This document shows positions 23,271-24,675 of a DNA stretch of 24,675 nucleotides, piece after piece. Source of the stretch: Candidatus Scatosoma sp. (lineage in GTDB: Bacteria; Bacillota; Clostridia; Christensenellales; Borkfalkiaceae). Every line of letters starts with the position of its first letter. The stretch's first letter is position 1. The notes beneath the pieces are model-generated. The model was not told the DNA's origin, searched no databases, and saw nothing but the letters and a program-made list of their open reading frames with translations. Where the stretch lies: assembly GCA_045651305.1 (NCBI GenBank), contig JAZRSE010000151.1, forward strand, positions 1 to 24,675. The letters run 5' to 3'. The translations under genes were made by a program, and so were the position numbers.

Positions 23271-23864
23271 ATGGAAACGAAAAACGTATTGGTTCCCTAC
23301 GTCGTAGAACGCACCTCTTCGGGCGAACGCACGTATGATTTGTATTCGAGATTGCTCGACGATAGAATTATCTTTTTAAGCGGTGAAATCAACGACGCCG
23401 TGGCAAACACCGTCGTTGCGCAGCTTATCTACCTTGAAGGGAAAGACCCTACGAAAGATATTAGTTTGTATATCAACTCCCCCGGCGGCTCGGTATCCGC
23501 AGGTATGGCGATTTACGATACGATGAACTATATCAAATGCGACGTATCCACCATTTGCGTTGGTTTGGCGGCGTCTATGGGCGCGTTCTTGCTTTCCAGC
23601 GGCGCACGTGGTAAGCGTTATGCGTTGCCCAACTCCGAGATTATGATTCATCAACCTCTCGGCGGCGCGCAAGGTCAAGCAAGCGATATTAAAATTCAAG
23701 CGGAACACATCCTTCGCACGAAAGCGAAACTCAACCGAATCCTTGCGGAGAACTCGGGCAGAGATATTGCTACCATCGAAAGAGATACCGACAGAGATAA
23801 CTATATGTCGGCGGAAGAGGCTCGCGCATACGGGCTCATCGACAGAGTGTTCGTAAGAAGATAA
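23271..23864 (+). CDS. clpP: ATP-dependent Clp protease proteolytic subunit
   Basis: '[15 protein letters not shown]', 'YINSPGGSV', catalytic Ser 'AASMG', His 'MIHQP', Asp 'ERDTDRD'. Confidence 0.98.
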   Translation: METKNVLVPYVVERTSSGERTYDLYSRLLDDRIIFLSGEINDAVANTVVAQLIYLEGKDPTKDISLYINSPGGSVSAGMAIYDTMNYIKCDVSTICVGLAASMGAFLLSSGARGKRYALPNSEIMIHQPLGGAQGQASDIKIQAEHILRTKAKLNRILAENSGRDIATIERDTDRDNYMSAEEARAYGLIDRVFVRR

Positions 23865-23886
23865 TCCACGAAAAAGCATAGACGAA

Positions 23887-23930
23887 CGCGCAAAACCTTC
23901 CACTATCGGGGTTTTGCGCGCTATCTTTTT
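23887..23930 (+). terminator. Terminator-like hairpin between clpP and clpX
   Basis: Stem CGCGCAAAACC / GGTTTTGCGCG (11 bp), 12-nt loop, followed by CTATCTTTTT. Confidence 0.6.
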
Positions 23931-24064
23931 ATGGCAGTTTATAATTGAGAAAAAGCTGATTAAAAGGCTTGATATCAGGGTATAAATAGGCAAACGGCGC
24001 AGGCACAATTTTACGCGCGTGCGTCATACTTTGAATAGTAAGATTGATTACGGAGTTATTATCA

Positions 24065-24675
24065 ATGGCAAACAAAAACCAACATTGTTCCTTTTGCGGA
24101 AAACCCAAAGAAGAAACCCGCCGCTTGATTACCGGCCCTGACGGGGCGTGTATTTGCGACGAGTGCGTAGATATTTGCAAATCTATGGTGGAAGAGTGGG
24201 AAAACGAAAAGGAAGAACAAAAGGACGTTCCCTTAAAAAAACCTGCGGAAATCAAGGCGGAGCTTGACAAATATATCGTTGGGCAAGACAAGGCAAAACG
24301 CGTGCTTTCCGTGGCGGTGTATAACCACTATAAGCGTATTAACGCCCTTGCAGGCGCGAAAAAGGACGACGACGGCGTAGAGATTGAAAAGAGCAACGTG
24401 CTCTTGTTAGGCCCTACGGGTAGCGGTAAAACGTTGCTTGCAAAAACGCTTGCGAAAATTCTTAACGTGCCCTTTGCCTCTTCGGACGCAACGAGGCTCA
24501 CCGAGGCTGGCTACGTAGGCGAGGACGTGGAAAATATCGTTTTGAAACTTATCCAAAACGCCGATTACGACGTGGCGCGCGCGCAAAGGGGCATTATCTA
24601 TATCGACGAAATCGACAAAATTTCCCGTAAAGGCGAAAACGTGTCGATTACGCGCGACGTTTCGGGCGAGGGCGT
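24065..24675 (+). CDS. clpX: ATP-dependent Clp protease ATP-binding subunit, 3'-truncated (absent from the ORF track)
   Basis: Translated by hand: [13 protein letters not shown]...CICDEC (zinc-binding domain), '[22 protein letters not shown]', Walker A GPTGSGKT, '[10 protein letters not shown]', 'IYIDEIDKI', '[10 protein letters not shown]'. Confidence 0.98.
   Translation, partial: MANKNQHCSFCGKPKEETRRLITGPDGACICDECVDICKSMVEEWENEKEEQKDVPLKKPAEIKAELDKYIVGQDKAKRVLSVAVYNHYKRINALAGAKKDDDGVEIEKSNVLLLGPTGSGKTLLAKTLAKILNVPFASSDATRLTEAGYVGEDVENIVLKLIQNADYDVARAQRGIIYIDEIDKISRKGENVSITRDVSGEG

Overview
This is the replication-origin neighbourhood of a spore-forming Clostridia-type (Bacillota) chromosome. 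The taxon is inferred from gene content: Ger(x)C, yyaC, jag, ricT and an L27 with an N-terminal extension. Gene order: partial Ger(x)C, cvpA-like, yyaC, queT (probable preQ1 riboswitch), ABC permease/ATPase, jag-yidC-yidD-rnpA-rpmH, dnaN, a DUF1273/YpsA SLOG gene, oriC, rsmG, a stand-alone BY-kinase/modulator pair, ricT-holB, an EamA transporter, rpmA-rplU, a helical hypothetical protein, rqcH and tig-clpP-clpX (partial). Three things stand out. (1) There is a textbook basal-unwinding oriC (DnaA boxes, GC spacer, seven DnaA-trios, AT cluster) at about 11834-12132, but no dnaA gene in the window, and the oriC-dnaN unit is inverted relative to rpmH. (2) A second, denser DnaA-box cluster with no unwinding element sits about 10.6 kb away (885-1335). 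(3) Two homologous intergenic arrays (1383-1618 and 19608-19972) alternate a constant 7-nt linker (GTGAWTT / ANWTCAC) with variable short hairpins. They are arranged as inverted arms, and one surrounds a GTAG-type REP-like hairpin. No CRISPR array, tRNA/rRNA gene or transposase was seen.
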